Assembly: GCA_010093995.1 (NCBI GenBank)
Contig: ML992501.1
Coordinates: forward strand, 138,560 to 202,559
Direction: 5' to 3'
Source of the DNA: Elsinoe ampelina
Taxonomy: Eukaryota
DNA: 64,000 nt
The position numbers were made by a program, and so were the translations under genes. The number at the start of each line of letters is the position of its first letter. Position 1 is the stretch's first letter. Below are positions 12,526-25,773 of the stretch, piece by piece. The notes under the pieces are model-generated. The model saw nothing but the letters and a program-made list of their open reading frames with translations. It was not told the DNA's origin and searched no databases.

Positions 12526-13408
12526 CTATCCGTGACCTATCTTCATCCCCTCGAGGAACCAATCACCCAGCCCATCCTGACACTCGCGTAACGCTTTGAC
12601 TACGCCACTCAAATCCTCCACTTCCGCCATGCCCAACGCTTCCCCGCCAGGCTCGATCAGGATCCGCCGCGAGTACGTCTCCTCCCCGCGCACCTGGAGG
12701 GCTTGCCATCGCAGCGCCTTGATCCGTCGCTCGAACTCATCGACGTCTGTCGCTTCTCCTTCGACGACGACGGCGCCGGGGTAGCCTGGGCGCGAGAAGC
12801 CGGAGAGGCGCAGTTCGCGGGCCCAGGAGAGGATGTCTTTTCGTTTCGAGGTGGCGAGGAGGTGGTGCGACCAGAGGAGGAGGAGTTTGATGTGTTGGGG
12901 GGATGGGGTGGGGGTGGTTGAGGGGGGTGTGGGAGGGGAGGGAGTGGTGGTTGAGGTGGAGGAGGGTTGGAGGGAGTCGAGTCTGGAGGTGAGGTCTTGG
13001 ATGAGGATGTCTAGGCATTCTGAGCCGGTGGTGAGTTCGTTGATGGTTTGATCGAGGGCGGCTCGGGCTTCTTTCCGTGTGGCTGTGGGAGTGGTCTCGT
13101 GGCAGTGGAGGTATGCTTGGGGTTTTGCTTCTGATGGATAGGAAATGGGGAGGGTGATTTCGAGTGTGTAGGCTGGTCGAATTACTACCAGCCCAGTGGT
13201 TTTGAAGTGTACAAGTCGAAGGAACGAAGTGAAAGGAAGTGATGGTGGCATGATACCCACATTTGATTTTTACACTACAGCAGAATTGCTGTCCTTCGAA
13301 AGTGGTGAGGTCTACGTCTGGGCCGGCTGGTGTTCGCCACTCAAACTCGTCAGGATACATGCTCTGGAGCAGGATGAGTTCGTCCAGCTGCCGCTCGTGA
13401 TCACTCAT
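12526..13408 (-). CDS. RWD domain protein (RWDD2A/B-like, DUF1115 C-terminus)
   Basis: ERQLDELILLQSMYPDE, ITLPISYP, LWSHHLLATSKRKDI and GFSRPGYPGAVVVEG. Intron 13260..13173. Confidence 0.85.
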
Positions 13409-13810
13409 GTTGGGATCAGCTAAATGAAAGGTCGCCGCCGAACGAAGTCGTGTCCGTGTGGTGAGAGGATTACAGTGGGAAGCGCATCCTGGTAAGGTAA
13501 AATCAGAAGTAGGCAAGCAGCATTTTACAGGCGCCACATGTGCCAATGTCGCGTAGCAGGTATGCTTGTATTTCGCCCTATAATCGAGAAGTCCAACTCA
13601 AGTCGCTACACTATCGTAGCCATCTCGTGGATTCAAGGCGACCACGAGGAGTGGCATTCAGGTGAATTCGTCTCTGCCAAGACAAGTCGTCGCTGTGAAG
13701 CTTTTGGTTGCTCGGCAGCTTTCGCATGTGAAAACATCCCAACTTCATCTCCGTTTACACGGCTAATAATTTTCTCCTCCTCCTACAGAACGTCGCCTCA
13801 CTTCATCAAG

Positions 13811-15163
13811 ATGATGCCATCCATAAGAGGTGGCATGCAAGTACATGCCGTGCCTGACAATGAAAGAGCATTCGACGCCAATGGCCGCAAACTACCCTGG
13901 GGTTACGACTACCCAGAGTGAGTCCGAGTACCACCGCCTTGATGGCTGCCACTAATCTTGCACAGCGCCGACGTCGCCCGCGGCCGAACTAGCACTGAGA
14001 AAGGCCCCTTTGGTCGCTCGACCCGCCGACGAGGCTTCTCACGCTCCAAAACAGCCACACCTGCGCGAAAGGAGGATGTCGCGCGACTGGAGAATCAAAG
14101 AGCCGAAGACGACATATTCAACACCTACAAAGCCTCACAACGGACACGAGACGCGCTCGCGACTTCAAAATCTGCGCCACTCATCTCGCTGGATCCAAAT
14201 GTCGGAGCAGGGAAGGGTGTCGGAGCGGCAGGACAGGCGCAGGGACAGGAAGAGAAGGAGGCGACTGAGGTGATTCTGTATGGATATGGAAGTGGACAGG
14301 AGTGGGCCGCGATCGAGTTCTACGAGCGCATAAGTGGTGGAGCTATCCTCGAGGATTACGACAGGGTACCACCGCACACGAGGTACGATCCAGCATTATC
14401 ACTCAGCCGGGCACGGTCACAAAGAAGTTTAAGCAAGGCGGCCCTGGCGAAGAGAAACAGATACAACGGAGGATACCACTGGATCAAGGTCACATTTGAC
14501 TCGCCAGAGAGTGCAGATTTGGCTTGTGACAGGAGTCCACACACGCTGCATGGCTATCTGGTGTATGCGGAAGTCTATAGAGGAGTCGGCCCACCGAAGG
14601 ACCATGCCATTCCCTGCACCACAGCAGGCGCCATGGTCGACGGAGACAGTCTGCCAAACACCTTCAGTAGCAAGACAGCAAGTCGGCAGACAGACACCGC
14701 AACTGAGAGTCCAGAGGGAAGCAGCAGAACAGTGTCCACTGCGACCATCGGTGAGCCGATCCGAATGCGAGATCTGAGAGGACTCCAGGTGCCTCGCCCC
14801 ATCGAGAAGAGCATCAGCATGCCAGCTCTGCCTGGTGCATTATTCACGCCGACAACAAGCATGGAGCCCGAGCGCAAGGAGGTCAGACAACGTCCCATGA
14901 GGATCCAAGGAGCGACAAGAGCTGTGTTGAAGCCACCCGAATCCGCACTCATGCCTACTCAGCCAAAGTATAGCGGCTTCCTCGCGTTCCTACCCTTGTT
15001 CGGGCTCTTCTTCGGTAGCAGCAAAGGAGACACTGGCTCGACTATCCCCAAGCTCGAGAACGGCGAGGTCGACTGGAACAACGCCGGGCTGTACTGGTTG
15101 ATCTTCGCCTGGCTAGACGGCCTGCTGGGCACAGACATGTGCGGGCTGAAGAGCGATGATTAG
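13811..15163 (+). CDS. Nup53/Nup35-type RRM nucleoporin-like protein
   Basis: RRM-like segment EVILYGY...HWIKVTFDSPESADLAC...GYLVYAE and a hydrophobic C-terminus. Intron 13918..13965 (GTGAGT..CTAAT..CAG). Confidence 0.7.
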
Positions 15164-15182
15164 ATCCTTCAAATGATACCCT

Positions 15183-15752
15183 TCATCCCTTCCCGATCCC
15201 TTTTCCCTTCCCTCCTTTCGCATCCTTCGCCTGTCCCTCCGTCCTGACCTTCCTACCCGTCCGCTGACTCCTCTTCGCCTGCCTCCTCGCGCCGATAGGA
15301 AAGCGCTTCAATCCTCCACAATTCAAACACTCCACCACCTTGACATCAGCATGCGCCTTTCGTCCTCCAGTGCTGGCGTTCTCAATCCTGGTCGAGCTTG
15401 TTTTGTCTTCGATGAGTGGCGTGCTGCAGATCTTGCAGATGGAGCGCTTCACGTCTTGGGCGATGCGGACTTGGCCTCTTTTGGCTACTGTGCGCATGTG
15501 AGATGAGAGTAGGAGGGGGAGGCCTGTGTTGGGGATTTGAGGTGTGTCGTTGGTAGTTGTGTTGGTCACCGCGGTCTGCGGGATGGTCGTGGTGGAGTCG
15601 TCTTGTGCGGTAGTGCTTGGAGTATCTGGAAGTGGGGTGGTTCGTGCCACGTTTGTCGGAATCGTGAATTGTTGTGCTGCGAGGAGCTTGGCTGCTCGAT
15701 CCAGGAAGGTCACTCTCGCCTGCAGGTGTCTGGACTTTGCGCCTTTCGACAT
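15183..15752 (-). CDS. rpr2: Nuclear RNase P subunit Rpr2/Rpp21 (zinc ribbon)
   Basis: RVTFLDRAA, KRSICKICSTPL and VVECLNCGGLKRFP (two CxxC pairs); basic tail; single exon. Confidence 0.85.
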   Translation of the reverse strand: MSKGAKSRHLQARVTFLDRAAKLLAAQQFTIPTNVARTTPLPDTPSTTAQDDSTTTIPQTAVTNTTTNDTPQIPNTGLPLLLSSHMRTVAKRGQVRIAQDVKRSICKICSTPLIEDKTSSTRIENASTGGRKAHADVKVVECLNCGGLKRFPIGARRQAKRSQRTGRKVRTEGQAKDAKGGKGKGIGKG

Positions 15753-16340
15753 GGCGAGTTTATAGCTTGCTTCGGATGATATATAGAGGTGTTGAATCGG
15801 CAGTCACCCAGAGCTGGCACCGATTACTGAGGGAATCAGACCATGCAATCTTTGTTCATGCGAAAGCTCTCTGGTAGGTGTGCGGTGTGTCATGGTGCGA
15901 CTTGGTACTTCACCTCAGTATATAGATGATTCTGCACAGGCAATTCCTTCGCCTCCGGAAGAGCACCAGAAGGCCGATGAAACACAGTCCTCTACCATCC
16001 GTATCCTCAATCCAGATGCTCAGCTATGGGCTCATGAAGATCTCCGATTTCAGATGACATTTTTTGCACATGAAATGCTCGATGTGAAGTCGAATATGTA
16101 GCTGCGCGGTCATTCCACGCTAGTCCGAAAGCGGACCTGTGTAACAGAGAAGCTTCGGTCAGTCAGCGGTACCTGAAGTGAACTTCTTCACTTTGCCTTT
16201 TCCTTCCATCCTTTCACATCCACAACCGACACCACATCGATCGCAGGCGCATTCAGCATCGACCTCGCGACGTCTGAACTCATCAACCTTCGTCTTCGAC
16301 CAGTTCCTTACATCCAACCAACCCCCGCTTGAACCCCACA

Positions 16341-18163
16341 ATGTCCGCCGAAGAAGATCTCATCGATTACTCTGACGAGGAGGTTCAGACCACAACAGCT
16401 GCGCCTGCCAGCAATGGAGCTGCTGCTTCTAACGGGGATGCAAAGAAGGGTGATTTGACGGTCACTGGAGCTGGGGCTAAGGGTTCATACGTCGGTATTC
16501 ACTCAACTGGTTTCCGCGACTTCTTGTTGAAGCCTGAGCTTCTACGCGCCATCACGGACTGCGGTTTCGAGCATCCATCCGAGGGTTAGTCATTAGCGAT
16601 TCCCACATTCACTTTCTCCTCCGACCGAGCGTCCGTCCATCTTCCAGGTATGCCAGGCGAGAGATACAAGGCAATCAGCGCACGAGGATCATGTCTACTG
16701 GGCTACATTACGGCTGTAGTCTGGTGACAGATCATCAATCGAGGACACTACGAGCTCAGAAACGGGCTGTCCGAAAGAAGGCAGATCGACTCGCGAAAGC
16801 GACCTATCTACCAAGGAGGTATTGCGCACTCATCTTGACCTGAAATACGGCAAGATGCACGCAACACAAACGCTGAAGAGCTGGGGTATATGGCGGATTG
16901 CACAGAAGATGGGCGGACGCCACTTGGACGTGCTGCTTGCTTTGCATTCCACTTGACAAAATAACATCTGACACTTTTCGCCCACAGTCCAGCAAGTCTG
17001 CATTCCTCAAGCCATCCTCGGTACCGATGTTCTCTGCCAAGCAAAGTCTGGACTCGGAAAGACTGCGGTCTTTGTTCTCGCGACCCTGCAACAGATGGAG
17101 CCAATCGACGGCGAGACTTCAGTCTTGGTCATGTGCCACACTCGTGAGCTCGCCTATCAAATCAAGAACGAATACGCCCGGTTCAGCAAGTATATGCCGA
17201 ATGTCAAGACCGCTGTCTTCTACGGTGGTACGCCCATGCAAAAAGATATCGAGCTGCTCGCCAACAAGGAGACTCACCCACACATCATCGTCGCCACCCC
17301 TGGTCGTCTCAACGCTCTTGTCCGTGACAAGAAGCTTCGCTTGGGTAGCATTCAGCGATTCGTGCTCGATGAGTGTGACAAGATGCTTGACCAAATCGGT
17401 ATGTGCAAGCACTCTGGGAGCTGTTCAATCACCTAACAATATCAGACATGCGCCGCGATGTGCAGGAGATCTTCCGTGCCACCCCTACTCAAAAGCAGGT
17501 CATGATGTTCAGCGCCACCCTTGCCCAGGAAACTCGTCCTATCTGCAAGAAGTTCATGCAGAACCCACTTGAGATCTATGTCGACGATGAGACCAAGCTC
17601 ACCCTCCACGGTCTTCAGCAGTACTACATTAAGCTCTCCGAGAGCGAGAAGAACCGCAAGCTCAATCAACTTCTCGACGATCTCGAATTCAACCAAGTCA
17701 TTATCTTCGTCAAATCGACGCTCCGTGCTACCGAGCTCGACAAGCTGTTGAGGGAGTGCAACTTCCCCTCCATCGCGGTACACTCAGGTGTCAGTCAAGA
17801 GGAGCGGTATGTTTTGGCCAACTTTCAATGACAACACCTTGCTAACGACCCTTCAGTATCAAGCGCTACAAGGAGTTCAAGGAATTCAACAAGCGTATCT
17901 GCGTCGCCACCGATGTCTTTGGCCGTGGTATCGATATCGAGCGCATCAACTTGGCCATCAACTACGATCTCCCCGGCGATGCCGACAGCTACCTTCACCG
18001 TGTTGGTCGTGCAGGTCGTTTCGGTACCAAGGGTCTCAGTATCTCCTTTGTGTCAAGCGAGCAGGACGAGGAGGTGCTCAAGAGCATCGAGAAGAGGTTC
18101 GAGGTCGCCCTCCCGGAGTTCCCGAAGGAGGGCGTCGACTCGAAGAGCTACATGGCGAACTAG
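16341..18163 (+). CDS. sub2: DECD-box RNA helicase Sub2/UAP56
   Basis: [40 protein letters not shown] and HRVGRAGR. Introns 16585..16987, 17399..17445 and 17807..17856. Confidence 0.97.
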
Positions 18164-21100
18164 AGTGTCTGATTATCATGATGGTAAAAGGGACTGCTGG
18201 TGATGGGGCTAGATGGTCATGTGACTTGTGCAAACGGGAGAAAAGCAACTTCAAATCGAGCAGGTTTTCGGATCAGGTTCTGGTAGCGTTATCAAAGAAT
18301 GACATGTCTTCTCGCTTTCCGCTCCTGAGCTCCCTCACGTCGCCCTCTACTGTCATACCACGTTGCTGTCCTTGCTCTTGCTGGCTTGCGATATCTTCCA
18401 ATCAGGATTGGTCATACCGTGCTGTGGTCCCTAGTCCTGCTGTGCCGTATACTGTGTGACGATCGACAGGTCATCGTTTCATGATCGTACAACACTATTC
18501 CGTGCTGTGGTACGATAGTGGCAATTGTCAGGTCGCACAGCTAATTGCACATTGCTAAGCTTGAACGTGTGCTTACGGGACGTAGTGTGATCGATGCCCG
18601 TCACGAGGGTAGTGTCACGCGATAAAGGACTCTCGCTGACTCCGTGTGGATGTTGTGACCGTCAATGCAGATCCATGGGATGACTGTGGCGACAAGGGTC
18701 GCTTTGCAGACCTTCGTGCATCACGGAACGACAGCAGTCGTCTGAGCCTGGTAATTCGACCCCGACTGACGGATATGATGCGCTGGCAGCCCAGCATCTC
18801 TGATGGAAGCGCCGTGTCAATGCAGCGAGCATCCGGGAAAGAGCCACGCCGAAGCCACTACGCCCGAGCGATGTGAGCATGGCGTACCAAGAGTCACCCT
18901 CATTTCTGGGACAGCGAATAGAGACCGAGAATAGACTACAAAGACGGCGCCAGCATGCCGGTGAGCAATGGCGTGGCGAAGTGCAGACGGACGTCTTTGT
19001 GGAAGATCAGGGGTAGCACGTGGAAGTAGAGGACGGAGACGGCAGAGTACGAAGCTTGTTGATACTTCGCTAAGAGCCGCATGTAGATCTCTGGTACGAC
19101 TATGGCGAACAGCATGATCCATTGGCCCTACCACTAGGATGATCTACCCTAAGGTCAAGGATATAGTCGTTGTAGCATGTTGTACGACCTCAGATATCGG
19201 TTAAAATAGAAAGTCTATGGCACCATCGTGGCGAACGTCAAACGGATGTTGATCGTTCCAGTGACTAGCTGCAGATCATCAGCCGTGGTCGTCTCAGGGT
19301 GAAGATGCGGCTGAGAAATGGTGCAAGCAATATGCATGAACGTCGGGAATGGATTCTGAAAATATACGCCCGAGCCGTGTGTTCTGTCCTGTACAAGGCT
19401 GTGCTTGGAATCATATTTGGGTCGACAAGCGGCAAGTCATGTTAGGCGAGATGAAGAATGACTCTTTCTGGTAGTTTCGTCTGCTTCTGGAAACGATAGC
19501 GGTTTGACAGACGAGCCCTTTGGGTAAGGTGAGAGGTCCGGGGAGTACAGTAGAAAACTTGGAAGATGGAGCTGGAGGAAGAAAAGCAGGGAAGAGATGG
19601 CGTTCAGTGTGGCATGGTTTTGATTGGGTGGTTCGCGGAAATGGCTGCGTTCGGATTGGTGATTAGCCGGACGTCGACCTCACGTACCATCGTTATACGA
19701 GATGAGCTCCTGGGTCGTCAGGCGTCATACTGGCGGCTGTCAGAACGCCGTCTATTCCTTAGGTCCTCGGGGCCCTTGAAAAGTCGGAGATCTATCGCGT
19801 AGTAACTTTACGGTGGTGTACAGCATGACAGCTCAGGAGTCCGAGCGCTGGGTGATGTGATGTTTGGGATGCATGGTTAAATTGCGACTCGCGACGCCAT
19901 GCATGTTGCTTACGCTGGCCTGGCTCGCCTGGATGTCGGCACATCGAGGGTGTGTTTTGCCCGTCAGCTTTGGTGACTCTGTGTCTAGTGTAGAAGAAAG
20001 ACGAGCCGACGAGTGCCGGCGGTGACAGTGGAGGTAGTTAGGTTGTGGCAGAAATATGGCTTGAGCGGTTGACAGGCGGAGATGATCTTCGACCAGGCAC
20101 CTCATGTTCCATGTGTGTCAAGCTTCGGACCACGGCTCGACCCGTTGACGATTGGGATTTGGTTCAAAGTCTGTGAGACAGAAAGGAAAAGATTGGAAGA
20201 AACTGGGGACTTCATCTCGATCTCTGTCAAGCCCCCGGTCTCGCTGGTCTCTCAACGATCTGACGACGCAGGCTACTGGACAGCTCTTGCACGACCGTGT
20301 GCCCTTGGCATGCTCTGCAGATGCCTTGATCGTCGCTGAGGTAGTCTGGAAGGGACCTGTAGCAATCGCCGGTATAGCAGTCGACGTCGAAGCATCTGCG
20401 GCAGCGTTTGCCATCTGCCAGGCACCCGCGAGGATTGTTGACTTTGACTCGCACATGATTCAATAGTAGTACAGTAGTTCATCAGACCGAATTCAGCCAA
20501 TCCGCGGCTTATCTGTTGCCAAGCTTTGGCGTATGCAGTGATCGCCGTAGCCGCGGGATGGCGCATGGAGCTTTGCTGAGCAAGCAGATGCTCATGGCAT
20601 CACTTACAAGAGCTTTCTTCGACTTGAGTCAATCTACACCCCGGGTCTAGAGACATACTCGGCAGTATCTCCTGCAGCAATTGATCCCGCGCGATCCTGT
20701 AGCTCTCGGAAGAGACTTCAAGAGAGTGAGCATTTTCCCAGCCAAAAACTTCCCTTGTCAGGTCATTGCTATTTCTGAATTGAGGCCGGCCAAGCTGATC
20801 GCCCAATTACAGGGAGCTGGCCCCGAAATGAGCCGTCGAATATTGGACCTGGTCGATATCTTTTGCGAGTGCTCCGCAATGCCAATCGCACCCTATGCGC
20901 GTACAACAACGCAGTCGTCAGCTTCGGGGATTTTTTTATGCTCGATGACTGACGTATATCCGAGACCATTTGTTCTCAACGCCTACGCTATGACTACCAG
21001 CCGAGCGGCGGATGAAACATGGTCGGATCCTAAGCGTGGATGAAATAGGCTTGGTTGCTGGAATGACAGCTGCTTCGAATAGATGAACTTGAATAACGAC

Positions 21101-21749
21101 AGTCGATGAATTGCATGCGGCTCTGTGGCTGGTTCCCGCGGTCATGAAAGAGACACTACTCTAGATAGACTTTCTTGTGCATTGTACCAATGCGTTTAGG
21201 CGCATTACCCAAGACTGGCAGCAATACCTTATGTCAGTCGGGAACGCACGAACAGCCGACGAGGTCCGAAAGAACAAATATGCAACGACCACAGAAGAAA
21301 GACACGGCTGGTAGGTTAGCTTAAGACCATTGTGCGAGTGAATGCCCTGCGCTTGCCCTGATCTGTGTTGTTGGAGGATGCTCATTATTCGCTTGCAACT
21401 TTTTCTCTTTTGATCTGACCGGGATCATGGTGAGGCGGGAGCTAAGGGATCAAGGTCGCCCAAAGCCAAAGGTAGCCAATGCGGCAAAGTGGAGAGCTAT
21501 GATGAGCGCAGGAACAAGAAGGATGTGAGCAGAGATTAACTGCTGGAGCCTCTTGAGGGACTGCCTGTGTTTCTAGTAGGGCATCGGTCAGATTCCCTCG
21601 AGCTTGGAGCGCCTTCCCAAGTTCCCTCCCGGACCGATCGCCCATCATCAGCAGCCGCCGCCTTGTTCTTGCCTGCTCTTCCCCGTGAAAAAAAGTGAGA
21701 GGTTGTCTCTGGTCCATTCTCACGCCAACAGCGCCAATCTTCTCCACCA

Positions 21750-21781
21750 CTTGCCCTGCCCGACTTGCCCGACTTGCCCGC
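21750..21781. repeat. Short tandem repeat of a (GACTTGCCC)-like unit
   Basis: cttgccctgcccgacttgcccgacttgcccg, upstream of the svl3-like gene. Confidence 0.7.
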
Positions 21782-22180
21782 GCAGCTGCCACAGTGCCAC
21801 GCTGCTAAACATCCCGGTCCTGGACTTTGGTGACCATTCATCATCCTCTCTGTCTCCTCCTTCCCAACCACAAACCTTCATTTTCACTCGCGCCTTTCGT
21901 CCACCACGCCATCGGACTTTTCTACTATCACCTCTTCCGACCGCATGTCATTGTGCTAGCTGCACCTCCACGCTCGTTAATCCCTCTGTCCTTTGGCAGC
22001 CGCATGCCTCCTTTCTCCCAATTCACCTTCGCGTCTTGTTCGCCGTTGAAACTTCTGGATCGTCCAGCAGAGATATTCCCACAATCGTCACATCAAACAA
22101 CCCCTCATCCTTCACCGGTCCTGCAGGAACATTGCTCTCGTCGCACCTCTATTCGCTGAAGCACCGACGGCCCAGCCATC

Positions 22181-24838
22181 ATGGCTCCAACGCCTCCAAG
22201 GCTCAAGATCTTATCCGGTACGTATCCGTAACGGTCAACACGCAACCTGCTGCCCATTTCTGTCATGTCACGTCCGACGCGAAGGTCACTTCACTCGGCC
22301 GATCCACTTTTTCCTTTCCTACGACCTCCGTCATATCCCATCATGCTGCCATGACCGAAAACATGAGACGGTCGGACAATAAGATTAACTGTCTCGCAGT
22401 TGGCGGCAATGCCGTGTCAGCTTTCCTCTCATGGAGACTCTCAGCCACCAATGCCTGCGATGTCACGTTAGTGTGGAAATCGGGTTACGAGACGGTCGCA
22501 CAGTATGGGATCACATTTAAGTATGGACAATTTGCCAGTATACCAGAAAGAGCTGTCGGGTCTGATACAGAATACAGGTCGAGTAACAAGGCACTTGGAC
22601 AAGAGAGGTTCAAACCGAGATCAGGTGAGAAAGGATAATCACTACAATTGTGGACATCCGCTGATCTGTCCCCCAGTCGTCCGGACTCCGGAAGAGGCAG
22701 CGCAAACCTCAAAAGTTCCTTACGATTACGTCCTTCTCTGCGTCAAGGCTCTCCCAGATGTCTACGATCTCGCCGCGATAATCGAGCCTGTCGTTTCACC
22801 ACAGCACACGTGCATCCTGGTCAACACAACACATTCGCTCGGTATCGAGTCTTATCTCGAGTCAAGATTTCCCACAAACGTGGTACTATCCCTCGTCTGT
22901 GGTGCTGAGCTCACACAAGCAAACACATCAGAATTCGAGCATACTGGTTCCACCGAGTTTTGGGTTGGTCCGGCCAACAAAAATCCTGGTATCCCAGCCT
23001 CGATACAGTCGGATATGGCGGAAGCACTCGCGATGACTCTCAACTCGGGGCAGGTCGATTGCAAAGTGTCCACGAACATCAGGCAGCAGCAGTACGAGAG
23101 GATGATCGGGTACGTTCTCAAAATTCACAAATGTCTGAGCTCTCCGCTAACTGATCTTTCCAGTCCGATCGCCTTTCAACCGGCTAGTATCTTGTTCGAA
23201 ACGCCAAATCATGCAGAACTTCTCGAGAAGACCGGTGTCCGCAGCCTGATCACAGGAGTAATTGAAGAGCTGGTGACTTTAGCGGAAGCTCAAGGATGTT
23301 CGTTTCCCAAGGGCTTTCTTGAGCAGACCATGGAAACTATGATCCAACCTGTCGAAACAAACAGCCTGATGTACCAGGACTACACCGCGCGCCGTCCGCT
23401 CGAGATCGAGACCTTCCTCGGTTCGCCCGTCAAGCTTGCTCAAGAAGTCGGAATCACAGTACCACGCATCGAGACCCTCTACGCCTTATTGCATAATCTT
23501 AATATCGCCAACCAAAAGCGGCCCCTGCAGAACGCTACTGCATCACCAAACCCGACAGCTCCGCCGCCTCGCATGTCTTCTGCTGCACCTGCTTCGATCA
23601 ACGGCCACATGAACGGACCAGGACCCCGCGGCAGCATGAGGCCTGGTAGTCGTCAACCATCGATGAATGGCGGCCCACCACCTCAAATGCGCCGTGGCCC
23701 GCCTAGCGGTCCCAATGGCTATCCCCCACGCATGCCAAACGGCCACGGTCCTCCTGGTCGCGGTCCACCTCCAATGACCCGTCGACCGTCCATGGAAGGA
23801 AATGACCTGGAAGAATTCAGCCATCTCATGCTCTACGACAACATGCCCGAGGAGAACGGCGGCTATAGCGAAGGTGGCCCGACTCCTTCCTCATCTGGGG
23901 AGCTAGCTCTGCGCGAGCGCGAGCTTGCTATCCGTCAACGCGAGCTGGCCCTCCGTGAGCAAGAATACCACATGCGTCGTGGTCCACATTTACCAGGTCC
24001 AGGTCCTCGTCGCCAGCCACATCCGCACGCCATGTATGACGACGACGATGACGACGAGGGTGACTACTTCGTCAGCCATGGCCCACCTCCTGGACCTCCC
24101 GTCGACCCTGACAGCCTCGATATGATGAGCGTCACCTCTCGCCGTACACGCAAAGCCCCAAGCGCGCAACAGCTTCGTCAGAATCCCGAAATGGGTGGCA
24201 TGCCTGGCCAACGCAACAGCAGGAACCCTTTCAGCAGACCCAAGCCTCAGAACCGTGTCAGTGCACGCATGATGGCTGACGTGCCAGGTCTTCACGATTC
24301 GTTAATGTCTAACCCTCTCATGGGCTACTCCTCTGATCGATACGGCAATGTTGATAGACACAACATGAAGGCAGAGTCGAGGAGCAACTCACTGACTGCA
24401 GAACGTCTCAATGAGCTTTCGCAGAACGGCAACGGTCCGTACCCTCAACGCCGAGCCAGCCAATCTCCTGGCAACCCATTGAGCCCTCGTCCTGGGCCAG
24501 GTCCTCAACGCCGTTCCCCGCCAGGCGCAGAATACATGCGCTCACCCAACGGAGGCTACGGTGGTGACGGTCTACCGTCACCACCGGGGATGCCGGCTCC
24601 AATGCCGAGGCATCCCGGGAATGGAGTGGCGGCACCTCAGCGTGTCGAACAACAAGTCGGGGTGAGCCACCTTTATCCACCCAAGTATCCTCGCGCCCAA
24701 GAACGAAGTCTGACTGGTTCTGCGAGTGCTAGCGCGGGGAGTGGTGAGAGCGCACACTCTGCTCGTCTAGATTCCGATCCCTCGGCCCACAGCAGCTCTA
24801 GCAGTCTAGGGCCACGACCACCCATTGGTGTCCGCTGA
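22181..24838 (+). CDS. svl3: Ketopantoate reductase (ApbA)-like protein of the Svl3/Pam1 family with Pro/Gly-rich C-terminus
   Basis: RLKILS|VGGNAVSAFLSWRL, DYVLLCVKALPD and MYQDYTARRPLEIETFLG. Introns 22218..22399, 22521..22577, 22625..22676 and 23110..23163. Confidence 0.85.
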
Positions 24839-25773
24839 TTGCGTTCATCCTGTATTTTCGCATGCGACCACAACACTGCTCTATACCCTTTCTTCGGCTC
24901 TTGTACGATGCTGGCTTTTGACGAATCCCAAACCCGCACATGACGACTGTCCCTCTGGCAAGTGGTAATGACCACCACACTTGCCATCAAAAAGATTTTT
25001 CTTGCTCCAGTCAATGTCTGGACCTGCCGCTCATTCAATTCCATCTCCACCTTTGCAGTTTTGTTCTGCATCGGCTGTTCAACATTCATCACTTAATCAT
25101 CGACTTCGATCACGTACATACGATAGAAAGGCATAGGGATTCTTGGTATCAGCGGGAGGAAAAGTTTGTCACAAGGCCCGAAGAGGAAGTGACCTTGACG
25201 GAATCGACGCCGCAAGATCAATGGGGGGCATACATGTTCAGAAAACACTAGCTATTCCCCTGGTTCTCCTTTTTTTTCACATTCATCTGGATCAGACCAG
25301 CATCTATTAGCGTGCATGTGGTATTATCGATGAGACGGACGGATTATGGGAATGAAGTAGATGGAATGGGAGGAGGGAATGGGAATACGTAATAGCCGTG
25401 TATCTCACACTTTTCATCCCTATATTCCATCTTGGTGATTGTGCATTCTCACAGGTGGCGAATTGATGTCTCCAATTATCCCGCAATTGAGTTTGGCGAC
25501 GGTCCACTTTTGCCTGCCTATGCAGTTGTTGATCCATTGACTACCCGTCATGTTCGGAGATAATCTCTGATCAGATTAATCCCACTATAGACATACATTT
25601 CTTATATCTATTCTTGACCTCTACCCTTCCTACCAGTGTATAACCATACCCACCCTCCTACTGGTAGTAAGTCTCCCTGCCCCTCCCCCGTTGCCTCTAC
25701 CTTCCCTATACCAATCCCAGACCACTTCTCCTTGCCTCTCCCTCATTCCCACCTCCTCTGACCTCAAAAGTCA

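Noticed and set aside
16870..16910. CTGAAGA, and CTGATGA at about 48217, as hammerhead ribozyme cores
   Set aside because: Neither has the required GAAA after stem II.
21604..22638. 344-aa ORF upstream of and overlapping svl3
   Set aside because: It is a read-through of the pyrimidine-rich leader and intron 1 into exon 2; the spliced model from ATG 22181 explains the conserved part.
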